Part shown: in pieces, positions 29,159 through 41,237 of the stretch
Layout of the letters: every line of letters starts with the position of its first letter
How positions within the stretch are numbered: the stretch's first letter is position 1
Assembly (NCBI GenBank): GCA_038063535.1
Contig: JBBTUV010000003.1
Location: 149,179 to 201,400, forward strand
From: Patescibacteria group bacterium
GTDB lineage: Bacteria; Patescibacteriota; Minisyncoccia; Phycocordibacterales; UBA9973
DNA length: 52,222 nt
Direction of reading: 5' to 3'
Made by a program: the position numbers and the translations under genes
The notes under the pieces: generated by a model
The model's database searches: none
Told to the model about the DNA's origin: nothing
What the model saw: the letters and a program-made list of their open reading frames with translations, nothing else

Positions 29159-32100
29159 ATGCAAAGCGCCCCGGCTCGCCCCAAGAAATATTTTTCCAGA
29201 TACAAAAAGCCCCTGATCGAGTTTCCGAACTTGATCGAGTCCCAGCTCAAGTCCTTCAAGTGGCTAGTCGAAATCGGCTTGAAAGAAGTTCTCAAGGAGT
29301 TTTCGCCGATTTCGGACTATTCCGGAAAGAAATTCGAGCTCCAATTCTCCTCACTTTCTTTGAGTGAGCCCAATTGCGATGAGAACCACGCGAAAGTAAA
29401 CAAACTTACTTACCATGGACTGCTCAAAATCAGGGTAAAACTCACCAACAAGATCCTAGGCACTTCCCGCGAGCAGGAGATCTTCATGTCCGAATTTCCG
29501 CTTATGACTCCGCACGGTACCTTCATCATCAACGGCGTTGAGCGGGTAATCGTGCCGCAGCTCGCTCGCTCTTATGGGGTTTTCTTCACAGAAACCGAAG
29601 GCAAGACCAAGAGATATTTCGGAGCAAAAATCATCCCGGCGCGTGGAGTCTGGATCGAGATCGAATCGGAATCCGACGGGGGCATTTACGTACGGATTGA
29701 CAAGAAAAGAAAATTCCCCGCCACCTCGCTTCTACGAGTGATGGGGTACTCGACGAGCGAGGCGATACTGAAAGCTTTCGAAAAAAATCCGGCCGCCCAG
29801 ACGGCGATAAAAGAAAGTCTCGGAAAGGATTCCTCGGAGAAGCTCGATGACTCGTATGTGGAGATATATAAACGCTTACGCGACGGGGACATGGCAACGG
29901 CCGAGAACGCGAAGGAATTCATAAACTCGCTTTTTACCGCGGACCGCTACGACCTTTCACCGGTTGGGCGTTTCCGCTTCAATCAGCGCTTCGGCAAATC
30001 GCTCGCGGAGGCAGAACTTACTCGAAGGACGATCTCCGGAGCCGATCTCGTGACCGTGCTTGAGCACATCGTCAATCTAAACAATACCCCGGATGCAAAA
30101 TCGGACGACATCGACCACCTCGGACAGCGGCGAGTACGCCTGGTGGGGGAAATGCTCCAGCAAAAAGTTCGCACCGGTATGATGCAGATCAAGCGAAATA
30201 TTCAGGATAGGATGTCGATTATTGACGCGGATACCGCTATGCCGATCCAAGTCATTAACCAGCGCCCACTTCAGGCTCGTATCAAGGAATTTTTTACCAC
30301 CAATCAACTCTCCCAATTTATGAACCAGGAGAACATCCTAGCCGAGCTTGAGCACATCCGTTATCTCTCTGCCCTCGGCCCGGGCGGCCTAACCCGAGAA
30401 CGGGCCGGCCTCGAAGTTCGGGACGTACACCCTTCACACTATGGCAGAGTTTGCCCGATCCACACTCCGGAGGGCCCGAACATCGGCCTTATCCTACATC
30501 TTGCCGCCTACGCCAGGATCAATGATTTCGGCATTATCGAAACCCCGTATATTCAGGTGAAAAAAGGGGAGATTACCGGCGAAATCGTATATCTCAATGC
30601 TCTCGAAGAAGAGAAATACAATATCGCTCACGCCGGCGTTCCTTATGACGAGAAAGGCAGAATAACAAGGGAAAAAGTCACTGCCAGGATTAAAAATCAG
30701 CCGGGAATAATTCCTCGTGAGCAGGTGGATTTTATCGACGTCGCCACCAATCAGGCATTTTCGATCGCAACTTCCCACATTCCATTCCTCGAACACAACG
30801 ACGCGAACCGCGCGCTGATGGGCTCGAACATGCAGAAGCAGGCGGTGCCTTGCGTGCTGCCGGAGGCTCCGCTCGTTGCGACCGGCATCGAGGACCTCGC
30901 CGCTCGCGATTCGGGGCGCTTGCTGGTGGCTTACGAAGACGGCACGGTCATATACCTCGACGCAAAAAAAATCATCGTGAGAGGCCGCTCCGGAGAAAGA
31001 ACCTATGAGCTCGTCAATTTTCTCCGGAACAACAACTTTTCCGTCCTCCATCATCGTCCGAACGTGGCAGTCGGGCAGAAAGTGAAGAAAGGGGACATCC
31101 TGGCTGACACTTCAAGCACGGTCGCCGGGCAGATATCGCTCGGTCAGAATATTTTCGTCGCCTTTCTTTCCTGGTCCGGTTCGAACTATGAAGATGCGAT
31201 TATCATCTCCGAACGGCTGGTGAAGAAAAGCGTCTTTACGAGCATCTATGTCGAAGAATTCATCGCGACGGTCCGCGACACCAAACTCGGGCCGGAGATC
31301 ACCACCCGCGACATACCGAACGTGGGAGAACTCAAGCTCAAAGATCTCGATGAGGACGGGATCGTGCGCATCGGTGCCGAAGTGCGGGAGAACGACATCC
31401 TGGTCGGGAAAATTACCCCGAAGGGCGAGACCGAACTGACGCCGGAAGAAAGACTCCTGCGCTCGATCTTTGCGGAAAAAGCGCGGGATGTGAAAGACAC
31501 CTCGCTTCGCATGGAGCACGGCAAAAACGGGCGGGTCATCGGGGTAAAAATTTTCTCCCGGGAGGGGGGTCATACTCTCGAGGCCGGTATCATCAAAAAA
31601 ATAGTCATCGAAGTGGCCCAGATCAGAAATATCTCGGTCGGCGACAAGCTCTCCGGCCGTCACGGCAACAAGGGCGTTATCTCGATCGTGCTTCCGGAGG
31701 AAGACATGCCTTACACGGCGGACGGGACACCGGTTGACATAATTCTCTCGCCGCTAGGGATTCCTTCCCGCATGAACCTCGGGCAGATATTTGAAATGCA
31801 TCTCGGAATGGCGGCCCAGAGTCTCGGCTATCAGGCAATCGTCCCTCCTTTTTTGGGGGCGAGTCACAAGGAGATAAAAGAGGAACTGCGAGCAGCGGGA
31901 CTTCCCGAAGACGGCAAAATGAAACTTTTTGACGGTCGCACCGGAGAGCCGTTTGACAGTGATGTGGCGACTGGATACATGTATCTCCTTAAACTTCACC
32001 ACATGGTCGAAGACAAAATCCATATGCGTTCGATCGGGCCGTATTCTTTGATCACTCAGCAGCCGCTCGGCGGAAAGGCTCAGGGCGGAGGACAAAGGTT

Positions 32101-32332
32101 CGGGGAAATGGAAGTCTGGGCACTCGAAGGGTACGGCTCGGCTTACACTCTCCGGGAAATGCTCACAATCAAATCGGACGACATTATGGGGCGTTCCCAG
32201 ACCTTTGATTCGATCATCAAGGGAGAGAAAATAAAAGCGCCGAACTCGCCTGCGTCCTTCAACGTGATGCTCAATTACCTCCGAGGCCTCGCACTCAATG
32301 TAAACTTAATGAAGAAAGGTAAATCGCAATAA
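29159..32332 (+). CDS. rpoB: DNA-directed RNA polymerase subunit beta
   Basis: Conserved blocks FMDQNNPLSE-like FMNQENILAELEH, GRHGNKGVIS, GGQRFGEMEVWALEGYGSAY. 1057 aa, which is compact. Confidence 0.95.
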   Translation: MQSAPARPKKYFSRYKKPLIEFPNLIESQLKSFKWLVEIGLKEVLKEFSPISDYSGKKFELQFSSLSLSEPNCDENHAKVNKLTYHGLLKIRVKLTNKILGTSREQEIFMSEFPLMTPHGTFIINGVERVIVPQLARSYGVFFTETEGKTKRYFGAKIIPARGVWIEIESESDGGIYVRIDKKRKFPATSLLRVMGYSTSEAILKAFEKNPAAQTAIKESLGKDSSEKLDDSYVEIYKRLRDGDMATAENAKEFINSLFTADRYDLSPVGRFRFNQRFGKSLAEAELTRRTISGADLVTVLEHIVNLNNTPDAKSDDIDHLGQRRVRLVGEMLQQKVRTGMMQIKRNIQDRMSIIDADTAMPIQVINQRPLQARIKEFFTTNQLSQFMNQENILAELEHIRYLSALGPGGLTRERAGLEVRDVHPSHYGRVCPIHTPEGPNIGLILHLAAYARINDFGIIETPYIQVKKGEITGEIVYLNALEEEKYNIAHAGVPYDEKGRITREKVTARIKNQPGIIPREQVDFIDVATNQAFSIATSHIPFLEHNDANRALMGSNMQKQAVPCVLPEAPLVATGIEDLAARDSGRLLVAYEDGTVIYLDAKKIIVRGRSGERTYELVNFLRNNNFSVLHHRPNVAVGQKVKKGDILADTSSTVAGQISLGQNIFVAFLSWSGSNYEDAIIISERLVKKSVFTSIYVEEFIATVRDTKLGPEITTRDIPNVGELKLKDLDEDGIVRIGAEVRENDILVGKITPKGETELTPEERLLRSIFAEKARDVKDTSLRMEHGKNGRVIGVKIFSREGGHTLEAGIIKKIVIEVAQIRNISVGDKLSGRHGNKGVISIVLPEEDMPYTADGTPVDIILSPLGIPSRMNLGQIFEMHLGMAAQSLGYQAIVPPFLGASHKEIKEELRAAGLPEDGKMKLFDGRTGEPFDSDVATGYMYLLKLHHMVEDKIHMRSIGPYSLITQQPLGGKAQGGGQRFGEMEVWALEGYGSAYTLREMLTIKSDDIMGRSQTFDSIIKGEKIKAPNSPASFNVMLNYLRGLALNVNLMKKGKSQ

Positions 32333-32336
32333 TAAT

Positions 32337-35300
32337 ATGAAAACACTGAACACAACCGATTTCGATCAAATTGAGCTCAAACTTGCGTCACCCGAACAGA
32401 TCAAAGAATGGTCTTACGGAGAAGTGACCAAGCCCGAGACGATTAACTACCGCACCGGACGGAGCGAGCGGGGCGGGCTATTCGATGAGAAAATTTTCGG
32501 GCCGGAGAAGGACTACGAGTGCTACTGCGGAAAATACCGCCGTATCCGCTACAAGGACATCATTTGCGAAAAATGTGGAGTGGAGGTCACGCGCTCGATC
32601 GTCCGGAGGGAGCGAATGGGACATATCGAGCTTGCCACTCCGGTCGCGCATATCTGGTTTCTCCGCGGAGTTCCATCCCGGATGAGCATTCTTCTAAATA
32701 TTTCCGTATCAGACCTAGAGAAGGTCATCTACTTTGCCGGCTACATCATTACCCGGGTTTACGAGGAGGAAAAAGAGAAGATCATCTTGGGACTCGAGAA
32801 GGAATACAAAACTAAACTCAAGAATGTTCCCGACGAAGCGAGCCGCGAGAAACTGAAAGCACTTCTCTCCAACACCAAGAAGGAGATAGCCGAAATTTAC
32901 GAGGGAAAGGTTCTGAATGAAATTTCCTTCCATCACTATTCCCTCAAATACGGCACTGCCTTCGAAGCGAACATCGGCGCGGAGGCGATCTATTCGATCT
33001 TCAAGAACCTAGACCTCGGAAAGCTCAAGCGTCATACCGAAGTGATGATAGATAAAGTGAGCGGGGTTGAAAAAGAGAAATTACAGAAACGGCTCTCTCT
33101 GATCCGAGCGATGACATATTCCAGTATTAAGCCGGAGTGGATGTTCCTTACCGTCATTCCGGTCATTCCGCCGGTACTCCGGCCGATGGTGGCGCTTGAC
33201 GGCGGCCGGCACGCGACCAGCGACTTAAATGACCTCTATCGGCGAGTGATAAATCGAAATAACCGCCTGAAGAAACTCAAGGAGATCAATGCACCGGACG
33301 TGATCCTGCGAAATGAAAAGAGGATCATCCAGGAAGCAGTGGATGCGCTGATCGATAATTCGATCGCCAGGCAGAATGAGAGCGCGGCGATGAGCCAGTC
33401 GCAGAAGCGGCCACTCAAGTCGCTCTCCGACAACCTGAAGTCGAAGCAGGGTCTATTTAGGCAAAATCTTCTTGGGAAACGCGTCGATTATTCGGGGCGC
33501 TCGGTGATCGTGGTCGGTTCGGGCCTTAAGCTCAACCAATGTGGACTTCCTAAGCATATGGCCCTTGAACTTTTTCGACCTTTTGTAATCTCGAAGATCC
33601 TCCAGGCAGAACTCGCTTTCAATATCCGCGGGGCAAACAAACTCATTGAAGAGCGTACTCCGGAAGTCTGGGCGATGCTCGAAGAAGTGATCAAGGGCAA
33701 ATATGTGCTTCTCAATCGCGCTCCGACCTTGCATCGCCTGGGTATTCAAGCTTTTAACCCGATACTCATCGAAGGTAACGCGATCCAGGTGCATCCGCTT
33801 GTCTGCCAGGCGTTCAATGCGGATTTCGACGGTGACCAGATGGCCGTCTACGTTCCGCTTTCCGACGAAGCGCAGTGGGAGGCGAAAGAACTTATGGCCT
33901 CGAATAAGAATCTCCTGAAGCCCCAAAACGGTGACCCAATCGTTCACCCATCGAAAGACATGGTGCTCGGGTCCTACTGGATGACCAAATCGATGGACGG
34001 AGAACTCGGCGAAGGGAAATATTTTTCGAGCCCGAATACCGCTATCACTGCATTCGAATATGGCGTGGTATCTCTGCGTGCGAAAATCCAGGTCCTTGCT
34101 ACCGATACCCCGAAGTACAAGAAATTCGCGGGCGGAATGTTCGACACAACTGTCGGAAAACTTCTCTTCAACTCGATCCTTCCCAACGATTTCGCTTACG
34201 TGAACGATGAAATGACCCAGAACAGGCTCTCGTCCCTGGTGGACGAGCTGATCCTTCACTACGGAGTGGACGATACGCCCGCGATTCTCGACAAGATCAA
34301 GGCTTTCGGTTTTCAGTATTCCACCCTCTCCGGAATCACTTGGGGTTTCGACAATATCTCCGTTCCGAAGGAGAAAGATAAAATAGTCGCCGAAGGCAAA
34401 AAATTAGAGGAAGATGTGAATTCCCAGTGGAACGAGGGGCTTCTCTCTGAGGAAGAAAGATACCAGAAGATCATCGAGATTTGGACGTATGTCAAAAAAG
34501 AGCTCGAGAAAGTATTGCCGGAAACCCTCGACAAAAAGGGATCGACTTATGACATTTTCACTTCGAAAGCTCGCGGTTCGATGGGGCAGCTCATACAAAT
34601 GAGCGGGATGAAGGGCCTGATCCAAAACAATCAGGGGCGAACGCTCGAGTTTCCGATCCTTTCATCTTATCAGGAAGGTTTCTCTCCGGTCGAATACTTC
34701 ATCTCAACCCACGGCGCGCGCAAAGGTGCTTCGGACACCGCCCTCAATACCGCCAAGGCCGGCTACCTGACCCGGAGGCTCGTGGATGTGGCGCAGGACG
34801 TCGTGATTACCGAAGAAGATTGCGGTACTAAAGACGGGAAGCTTGTCAGCGCAGAAAACATTTCCGGCATCGAGATTCCTCTTTCTAAAAATATCCACGG
34901 GCGGGTACTCGGCGCCGATATAAAAGATGGAAGCGGAAAAGTACTTTACAAAAAAGGATTTTTGGTCACGAAAGAGGAAGCACAGAAAATAGAGAAACTC
35001 GGCGCAAAGGAAGCCTTTGTGCGCTCCCCGCTTGCTTGTAAGACCGTCCATGGCCTCTGCCGGCAATGTTACGGCCTTGACCTCGGGAGGAACCGTCTGG
35101 TGGATCTTGGGGAAGCGGTCGGCATCATTGCCGCTCAAGCGATCGGCGAACCCGGGACCCAACTTACTCTCCGAACCTTTCACGCCGGCGGGGTCGCCGG
35201 AACGGATATCACTACTGGTCTGCCGCGCGTCGAGGAGATTTTCGAGCGCCGCATCCCGAAAAACCCGGCAGTCGTTTCAGAAACGGATGGCAAGGTGCTT

Positions 35301-35954
35301 GAGGTAAAAGAAAAAGAAGGGGAGGGAAAAGTCATCAGGGTTCTTGGAGCGGCGGGAGATAAGAAATCCGAAACGGAATATCTCGTTCCGCATCGGCGCC
35401 TTCCGATCGTAAAGCCCGGGGACAAACTCAAAGCTGGCGAACTCTTGACCGACGGCTCGGCCGAGATCACCGAAATCTTCAAGTTCGGCGGCAAGGAAAT
35501 GGTGGAGGAGTACATCATTCGCGAAATCAACAAAGTTTATGAACTGCAGAGCGCTTCGATCTCGCGCAAGCACACCGAGATCATCATCCGACAGATGTTC
35601 TCGCGCCGAAGGGTCAAAGACGCGGGCGAGACGGTTTTCTCGGTTGGAGACATTGTTGAACACACGGCCTTGATTGAAGAGAACGAGCGTGTCTCGAAGC
35701 TTGGCCAAAAAGAAGCGAAAGCGGAAATCATCGCTTTGGGAATAACCGAAGTAGCACTTCGGACCAAGAGCTGGCTTTCCGCGGCATCTTTCCAGAACAC
35801 CAACCGGGTGCTTATCGAGAACGCCATCAAGGGCGGGGTGGATACTCTGCGCGGCCTCAAGGAGAACGTGATAATCGGCCGATTGATTCCGGCCGGGACC
35901 GGATTTGTGAAGAAGGGTGGAAAAAGCGATTTTCCTGCCCCGGAGGTAGAATAA
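32337..35954 (+). CDS. rpoC: DNA-directed RNA polymerase subunit beta'
   Basis: Zn finger [23 protein letters not shown], catalytic [26 protein letters not shown]. 1205 aa. Confidence 0.95.
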   Translation: MKTLNTTDFDQIELKLASPEQIKEWSYGEVTKPETINYRTGRSERGGLFDEKIFGPEKDYECYCGKYRRIRYKDIICEKCGVEVTRSIVRRERMGHIELATPVAHIWFLRGVPSRMSILLNISVSDLEKVIYFAGYIITRVYEEEKEKIILGLEKEYKTKLKNVPDEASREKLKALLSNTKKEIAEIYEGKVLNEISFHHYSLKYGTAFEANIGAEAIYSIFKNLDLGKLKRHTEVMIDKVSGVEKEKLQKRLSLIRAMTYSSIKPEWMFLTVIPVIPPVLRPMVALDGGRHATSDLNDLYRRVINRNNRLKKLKEINAPDVILRNEKRIIQEAVDALIDNSIARQNESAAMSQSQKRPLKSLSDNLKSKQGLFRQNLLGKRVDYSGRSVIVVGSGLKLNQCGLPKHMALELFRPFVISKILQAELAFNIRGANKLIEERTPEVWAMLEEVIKGKYVLLNRAPTLHRLGIQAFNPILIEGNAIQVHPLVCQAFNADFDGDQMAVYVPLSDEAQWEAKELMASNKNLLKPQNGDPIVHPSKDMVLGSYWMTKSMDGELGEGKYFSSPNTAITAFEYGVVSLRAKIQVLATDTPKYKKFAGGMFDTTVGKLLFNSILPNDFAYVNDEMTQNRLSSLVDELILHYGVDDTPAILDKIKAFGFQYSTLSGITWGFDNISVPKEKDKIVAEGKKLEEDVNSQWNEGLLSEEERYQKIIEIWTYVKKELEKVLPETLDKKGSTYDIFTSKARGSMGQLIQMSGMKGLIQNNQGRTLEFPILSSYQEGFSPVEYFISTHGARKGASDTALNTAKAGYLTRRLVDVAQDVVITEEDCGTKDGKLVSAENISGIEIPLSKNIHGRVLGADIKDGSGKVLYKKGFLVTKEEAQKIEKLGAKEAFVRSPLACKTVHGLCRQCYGLDLGRNRLVDLGEAVGIIAAQAIGEPGTQLTLRTFHAGGVAGTDITTGLPRVEEIFERRIPKNPAVVSETDGKVLEVKEKEGEGKVIRVLGAAGDKKSETEYLVPHRRLPIVKPGDKLKAGELLTDGSAEITEIFKFGGKEMVEEYIIREINKVYELQSASISRKHTEIIIRQMFSRRRVKDAGETVFSVGDIVEHTALIEENERVSKLGQKEAKAEIIALGITEVALRTKSWLSAASFQNTNRVLIENAIKGGVDTLRGLKENVIIGRLIPAGTGFVKKGGKSDFPAPEVE

Positions 35955-35960
35955 AAATTT

Positions 35961-37694
35961 ATGAGCTCTCCCGTAGAACAAATCAAGGAGAGGCTATCGA
36001 TCGAGGAAGTTGTCTCTTCGTACTTGAAACTCCAGAAAGCCGGGAAGAACTGGAAGGCGAAATGCCCGTTCCACAATGAAAAGACGGCCTCTTTTTTCGT
36101 TTCGCCGGATCGGGGCGGATACTATTGCTTCGGCTGTGGCGCGAAGGGTGATATTTTTACTTTTGTTGAAGAGTTCGAGGGTCTTGATTTCCGAGGCGCG
36201 CTTAAGCTCCTTGCCGAGCGCGCTGGAGTGATTTTGCCGGCTTACAACCCGAAGGCGGAGGATGAAAAGGAGAAACTCTACTCCGCGATGGAAGAGGCGG
36301 TAAGGTTTTACGAATCAGCGCTTGAGAGAAACACGGAGGCCAGGGAATATCTGAAGAGGCGAGGGCTACAACAGGAGACGATCGAAAGTTTCCGCTTAGG
36401 TTACGCGCCGGACGGGTGGCGGGCGCTCCTGGAGCAGCTCAAAAAAGATTTTCCCATCTCGGTGCTCTCGACAGCCGGGCTCGTGAAGAGGAGCGACGAC
36501 GGAGGAGACTACTACGACCGGTTCCGCAGGAGGATAATTTTTCCCATGGCTGATTCGAGCGGTCGCATTATCGCGCTCTCCGGGAGAATTTTCCCCGAAA
36601 GAGAGGGTGAAGAAGAAGCGAAGTACCTGAACAGCCCCGATACCCCAATTTTCTCGAAATCCTTCGTTCTCTATGGACTCGACAGGGCAAAAAGCTCAAT
36701 CCGGAAAAACAATTTCTCAATCCTGGTCGAAGGGCAGATGGACCTGGTGCTTTCACATCAGGCGGGGTTTAAAAATACCGTAGCTACTTCGGGGACTGCG
36801 CTTTCCGACTCTATTTTTTCCGAGACCAATGTCGTCTCCAATTTCGGTCTTCTTCGCCGGCTCTCCGGCAACATCATTTTTGCTTTTGATGCGGATAAGG
36901 CTGGCACGGCTGCGTCCGAGAGGGCGACCAAAGTCGCGCTTGCGCTCGGAATGGACGTAAAGATCGCCGACCTTGCCGGCGGCAAGGACCCCGCAGAGAT
37001 AATCGCAAGCGGAGGCCCGGAGGCTTGGAAGAAAGCAGTCCGGAACTCCAAGCACATTGTCGAGTTTATGCTCGGGAAGGTCAAGGCGACCGCGAAGGAT
37101 GCTCGGGGGCTTGGAAAAGAGATCCGCGAGAAAGTGCTTCCCTATGTCCGAGCGCTCGAAAGTGCTATTGAAAAAAGGCATTTTCTCAAAAGAATAAGCG
37201 AGGAGTCGGGAATTTCCGAAAAAGCGCTGGAGGAAGACTTGAGCAAAGCACCCGTGGAGGAAAGTGGCGTGGCCGATCTCGAGGAGAGGGAAGAGAGGCT
37301 GGGTCGAGAAGAGAGGATCGCGCGGCGGCTTCTCGGAATTATTTTCTGGCAGGAAACTCTCTCTGACCCGGAAATTGCGCCGGAAAAAATAAAGATGGAA
37401 CTTACCGAAATGCTTCCGGAGAGCGAGCGGCGGACAAATGAAAGCGAAAAAAACGATTTGATTTTCGAGGCGGAAGCTTTTTACGAAGGGAGCAGTGAGA
37501 TCGAAGAAGAAGTAAGGGAACTTTTGCTCAATTTGAAAGAGGAACAACTTCGGGGGAAGCTTCAAGATAAGATGAGGGAGCTTGCGAAGGTCGAAGGCTT
37601 GGGTAAAAGCTCCCCGGAGATCCTGAAGGACTGCCAAGAAATCAGCGCAGAGATAGAAAGAATTAAGAACAGCCGGGTAAAGGTCAGTTTATAA
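35961..37694 (+). CDS. dnaG: DNA primase
   Basis: Zn-binding [34 protein letters not shown] domain (FRRRIIFPM), Toprim (LVEGQMDLV...FDADKAG). Confidence 0.9.
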   Translation: MSSPVEQIKERLSIEEVVSSYLKLQKAGKNWKAKCPFHNEKTASFFVSPDRGGYYCFGCGAKGDIFTFVEEFEGLDFRGALKLLAERAGVILPAYNPKAEDEKEKLYSAMEEAVRFYESALERNTEAREYLKRRGLQQETIESFRLGYAPDGWRALLEQLKKDFPISVLSTAGLVKRSDDGGDYYDRFRRRIIFPMADSSGRIIALSGRIFPEREGEEEAKYLNSPDTPIFSKSFVLYGLDRAKSSIRKNNFSILVEGQMDLVLSHQAGFKNTVATSGTALSDSIFSETNVVSNFGLLRRLSGNIIFAFDADKAGTAASERATKVALALGMDVKIADLAGGKDPAEIIASGGPEAWKKAVRNSKHIVEFMLGKVKATAKDARGLGKEIREKVLPYVRALESAIEKRHFLKRISEESGISEKALEEDLSKAPVEESGVADLEEREERLGREERIARRLLGIIFWQETLSDPEIAPEKIKMELTEMLPESERRTNESEKNDLIFEAEAFYEGSSEIEEEVRELLLNLKEEQLRGKLQDKMRELAKVEGLGKSSPEILKDCQEISAEIERIKNSRVKVSL

Positions 37695-37695
37695 A

Positions 37696-38847
37696 ATGAA
37701 AAAGAAAAAAATAAAAAGGAAAAGAAAAGCGCCCCAACCGAAAAAGAGCGTGCAGAAAACTAGAGAGAAAAAACCCGGGAAGAAGACGCTCGAACTTGAG
37801 AAACTATCCAGCGAAATTATCGAAAAGGGAAGAAAGAGAGGTTTTATAACTTATGACGAACTTCTGAAGACATTCCCCGATGTCGAGAATAATATTTTAT
37901 TCCTCGATGAACTTTACGAAAAGCTCGCCGAAGCCTCGATCGACGTGCTTGAGGGCGGCAACCTCCTAAATCTCGACACCGAGATCACGGACAAGGGCCT
38001 GGAACAATCTCCAAGCCACGATTCGATCCAGATGTACTTGAAGGAGATCGGTCAGTATCCCCTTCTGCGTGCCAACGAAGAGAGAGAGTTCGCGAAGAGG
38101 ATCGAGCAGGGCGATATGGAAGCGAAGAACTTGCTCGCTCGGGCGAACCTTCGCTTGGTAGTTTCGATCGCGAAAAAGTACGTGGGCCGAAGCGCAAACC
38201 TCTCCCTGCTCGATCTCATCCAAGAAGGGAATCTCGGACTTTTCAAGGCGGTGGAGAAATTCGACTGGAAAAAGGGCTACAAATTCTCAACCTACGCCAC
38301 CTGGTGGATCCGCCAGTCAATCACCAGGGCTCTCGCCGATCAATCCCGCACGATTCGCATACCGGTGCATATGGTGGAGACGATTTCAAAATACAAACAG
38401 GTCCACCGAAGACTCTCCCAGGATCTTGGGCGGGAGCCTCTGGCCGAGGAGATTGCCACCGAGATGAGCATCCCGGTCGAGAAGGTGCACGTGATCGAGA
38501 ACATTTCCCAGGAAACGGTGTCGCTCGAGCAGCCGGTCGGGGACGACGACGACAAATCTACGCTTGAGAACTTCATCCCCGATGAAAAAATTCTCCGCCC
38601 GGACCAGGAATCTTCCCGTAGGATTCTGGCGGATCAGATACGACAAGTGCTCGGGGAACTCTCGCCGAAGGAGAGAAAGATTCTCGAGATGCGCTATGGT
38701 CTCACGGACGGAATCCAGCACACGCTCGAACGGGTGGGCGAGGAGTTCGGAGTAACTCGCGAACGCATCCGTCAGATCGAGGCAAAGGTGCACGAGAAAC
38801 TGCGCCAACATGACAAAATCTATCGGCTTAAAAATTATTTTGAGTAG
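37696..38847 (+). CDS. rpoD: RNA polymerase primary sigma factor (sigma-70 family)
   Basis: Regions 1.2 ([16 protein letters not shown]), 2 ([13 protein letters not shown]...[18 protein letters not shown]...[13 protein letters not shown]), 3 and 4 ([18 protein letters not shown]). Confidence 0.9.
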   Translation: MKKKKIKRKRKAPQPKKSVQKTREKKPGKKTLELEKLSSEIIEKGRKRGFITYDELLKTFPDVENNILFLDELYEKLAEASIDVLEGGNLLNLDTEITDKGLEQSPSHDSIQMYLKEIGQYPLLRANEEREFAKRIEQGDMEAKNLLARANLRLVVSIAKKYVGRSANLSLLDLIQEGNLGLFKAVEKFDWKKGYKFSTYATWWIRQSITRALADQSRTIRIPVHMVETISKYKQVHRRLSQDLGREPLAEEIATEMSIPVEKVHVIENISQETVSLEQPVGDDDDKSTLENFIPDEKILRPDQESSRRILADQIRQVLGELSPKERKILEMRYGLTDGIQHTLERVGEEFGVTRERIRQIEAKVHEKLRQHDKIYRLKNYFE

Positions 38848-38849
38848 CT

Positions 38850-39602
38850 TTACTCTATCTCACTTAGCTGCTTGATTATTGTGTTGTAGAGCTGGGCGCC
38901 CGGAATCGTATCAACGACTTTTCCCTCAAAGACAATAAACGATGCCGGCGTCCCGTTGACTCCCACTCCTCTCCCGTCTTCAATATCGGCCTGGACTTTA
39001 CTTTCGTATTTGCCGCTCGTGAGGCACAGACTAAAGGCCGCGACATCCAGTCCGAGCTCACCCGCGATTTTCGGCAGTTCTTCCTCCGGCAGTCGGTTGT
39101 TGGACGGGGTTACTTCAAAAATTCTGTCGGTGTATCTCCAAAAAGTATCATTGCCACCCTGCTCCCAAGCGCACTCCGTCGCTTCTGCTTCTAGCATGGC
39201 CTTGGAGTGAAGGAGAGGAATCGGGAAATGACGGTAAACCCAGGCAACCTTTTTGTTGTTCTCGATTACTCTTTTGAGAGTGCCGTGAAATGTCTTGCAG
39301 AACGGGCATTCGAGATCCGAATACTCCACGATGAAAATGCTGGCTCCGGGGTTGCCCCGAATGTGATCGTTTTGTGAGATCTGTCTAATTTCACTGCTTA
39401 ATTCATCCGTGCTCTCGTTCCCTCCACTTGGCACCGCGGGCTCGGCGCCCTTGAGCAAAATCGCGCCCGCGATAATCACTCCGGCAACTACTATGGCTCC
39501 TGCGATTTGTTTCGTGTCCAGACTCGAATTTCCCACGGGAGGCTGATTTATAAGGGTATTTTCGGTGGAGGGTGAGTCTTGCGAAATTTCGGTTTCTTCC
39601 AT
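38850..39602 (-). CDS. DsbA-family thiol:disulfide oxidoreductase, membrane-anchored
   Basis: N-terminal TM segment (IAGAIVVAGVIIAGAILL). Thioredoxin-fold active site YSDLECPFCKTFH, with a cis-Pro region GVNGTPASFI. Confidence 0.8.
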   Translation of the reverse strand: MEETEISQDSPSTENTLINQPPVGNSSLDTKQIAGAIVVAGVIIAGAILLKGAEPAVPSGGNESTDELSSEIRQISQNDHIRGNPGASIFIVEYSDLECPFCKTFHGTLKRVIENNKKVAWVYRHFPIPLLHSKAMLEAEATECAWEQGGNDTFWRYTDRIFEVTPSNNRLPEEELPKIAGELGLDVAAFSLCLTSGKYESKVQADIEDGRGVGVNGTPASFIVFEGKVVDTIPGAQLYNTIIKQLSEIE

Positions 39603-39611
39603 GATATCCCC

Positions 39612-39620
39612 ATTATAGCA
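39612..39620 (-). promoter_or_regulatory. Extended -10 promoter (TGcTATAAT on the minus strand) for the DsbA-like gene
   Basis: 9 nt to the ATG at 39602. Confidence 0.45.
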
Positions 39621-39630
39621 TAGAATTTTG

Positions 39631-39639
39631 TGATATAAT
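39631..39639 (+). promoter_or_regulatory. Extended -10 promoter TGaTATAAT for the DUF378 gene
   Basis: Exact TGnTATAAT, inside the 14-mer GTGATATAATTAAC that also occurs at 9476..9489. Confidence 0.45.
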
Positions 39640-39672
39640 TAACACATTACTAATTAATTATCTTTAGTCATT

Positions 39673-39939
39673 ATGATGATGAAGCACAAGGGGTTTCATG
39701 GTTTCTCGTATATTCTCCTGATTATCGGGGGATTGAACTGGTTGCTCGTTGGTCTCGGCGGCCTTGCGGGCAGCGACTGGAACGTCGTGCACATGATTTT
39801 GGGTTCATGGGCAATGCTTGAATGGCTGGTATACCTTCTCGTCGGCCTCGCGGCTCTCTACGAAATCTTCACTCACAAGGGAAGGTGTAAAGACTGCGTT
39901 ATGAAAGACGGCAGTGGAATGGGCGGCGGCCAAATGTAG
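39673..39939 (+). CDS. DUF378 family small membrane protein
   Basis: LLIIGGLNWLLVGL...LVYLLVGLAALYEIF matches the DUF378 pattern (as recalled). The start could be any of three consecutive ATGs. Confidence 0.7.
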   Translation: MMMKHKGFHGFSYILLIIGGLNWLLVGLGGLAGSDWNVVHMILGSWAMLEWLVYLLVGLAALYEIFTHKGRCKDCVMKDGSGMGGGQM

Positions 39940-39978
39940 TCAGCAGACGGGTTTGCGTTTTTTTGAAATAGCGCTAGA

Positions 39979-41235
39979 ATGAAAGGAATTATGACTTTTG
40001 TTTCGGGCGCTATTTTTTATTTCTTTATTTTCCTCACCGTCTATGTGCAGGTGTTCTTTTTGGTTACATTTTTCGAGAATCGGGGAAAAATCGTCGTTCG
40101 AAAGGGAAAGACCAAACTTGAGAATTATCCGGAAGTGACAGTGATAGTTCCTGCCTGGAACGAAGAAAGAACTCTTGGGAAAACCGTGGAATCGATCTTC
40201 CGCCTCAATTACCCCGAGAATAAGGTGCGGATCATTCTTATCGACGATGGATCGACCGACCGGACGCTCGAGGAGATGCAGAAATTCTCTGACAATCACC
40301 GCGTCAAAATTTTAACGAAAGAGAACGGAGGCAAGTATACCGCTCTCAACCTCGGGCTTCTTCACACCGAGACAGAGTTTGTCGGATGTCTCGACTCGGA
40401 TTCGGTTGCTGACCCTGATGCGCTTCCGCGCCTCATGAGTTATTTCGAGAAAGATCCTTCGGTCATGGCCGTTGCGCCGTCGTTGGTTGTTCCCAAGCCG
40501 AAAACAATTATCCAGTCGGCGCAAAAGATGGAATATCTCATGTCGGTCTATTCCAAAAAAATGCTGGGACTGCTCGGGGCGATCCATGTCACCCCCGGCC
40601 CCCTGACCATCTTCCGGACGAGAGTCTTCGATGAGCTGGGGCCCTACCGAAGCGCGCACAGTACCGAGGATATGGAGATCGCCTATCGGATGCAGAAGCA
40701 CCGATATAAAATCGAGCATTGCAATGATGCTTATGTCTACACCGGAATTCCGAGGACCGTCCGCAAGCTCTTCCGCCAGCGCTTGCGCTGGATCTACGGT
40801 TTTATCAACAACTCGATCGATTATCGCGATATACTTTTTCGAAAAAAATACGGAAATTTCTCTTTCTTTACCATACCGGCGGGTATTGCCTCGATCTTTG
40901 CCGTCTGCTATCTCCTGGTGAGGATTTTTTATAATCTGGGCGAGTTTGTCCATTCTAAATTCGTGGAGTATCAGACGGTCGGATTTGATCTCGGTGCGAG
41001 CTTGGGAAACTTCGATCCCTTCTTTCTTTCGACTAAGTCGTTCATCTTCCTTGAAGTTCTCATAATCGGATTTGTCGCCTTCGCGATGATGATGGGGCAC
41101 AGGATGGTGGAGGGGAAGTGGAAACTTTCCTTCAAGATTGTTCACTTCCTCGTCATATTCTCGCTAGTCGCTCCCTTTTGGCTTCTTAAGGCGATTTGGC
41201 AGACCGTTATCGCAAAAAGCCCGGCCTGGAGATAA
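39979..41235 (+). CDS. Processive family-2 glycosyltransferase (PgaC/IcaA/NodC/cellulose-synthase-like beta-glycan synthase)
   Basis: N-terminal TM. VIVPAWNEE, LIDDGSTD, CLDSDS (DxD), TEDMEI, FRQRLRW (QxxRW), and C-terminal TM bundle. Confidence 0.8.
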   Translation: MKGIMTFVSGAIFYFFIFLTVYVQVFFLVTFFENRGKIVVRKGKTKLENYPEVTVIVPAWNEERTLGKTVESIFRLNYPENKVRIILIDDGSTDRTLEEMQKFSDNHRVKILTKENGGKYTALNLGLLHTETEFVGCLDSDSVADPDALPRLMSYFEKDPSVMAVAPSLVVPKPKTIIQSAQKMEYLMSVYSKKMLGLLGAIHVTPGPLTIFRTRVFDELGPYRSAHSTEDMEIAYRMQKHRYKIEHCNDAYVYTGIPRTVRKLFRQRLRWIYGFINNSIDYRDILFRKKYGNFSFFTIPAGIASIFAVCYLLVRIFYNLGEFVHSKFVEYQTVGFDLGASLGNFDPFFLSTKSFIFLEVLIIGFVAFAMMMGHRMVEGKWKLSFKIVHFLVIFSLVAPFWLLKAIWQTVIAKSPAWR

Positions 41236-41237
41236 AG

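Noticed and set aside
33453-37637. Long antisense ORFs inside rpoC and dnaG (33453..34259, 35277..35981, 35537..36076, 36753..37637), and similar ones inside ligA (7113..7781), smc (21949..22437, 22702..23220), the helicase (12096..12827) and rpoB (30494..31054, 31112..31663).
   Set aside because: All lie opposite strongly supported housekeeping genes. They have low-complexity or Arg/Ser-rich translations and no recognisable motifs. They are shadow ORFs.
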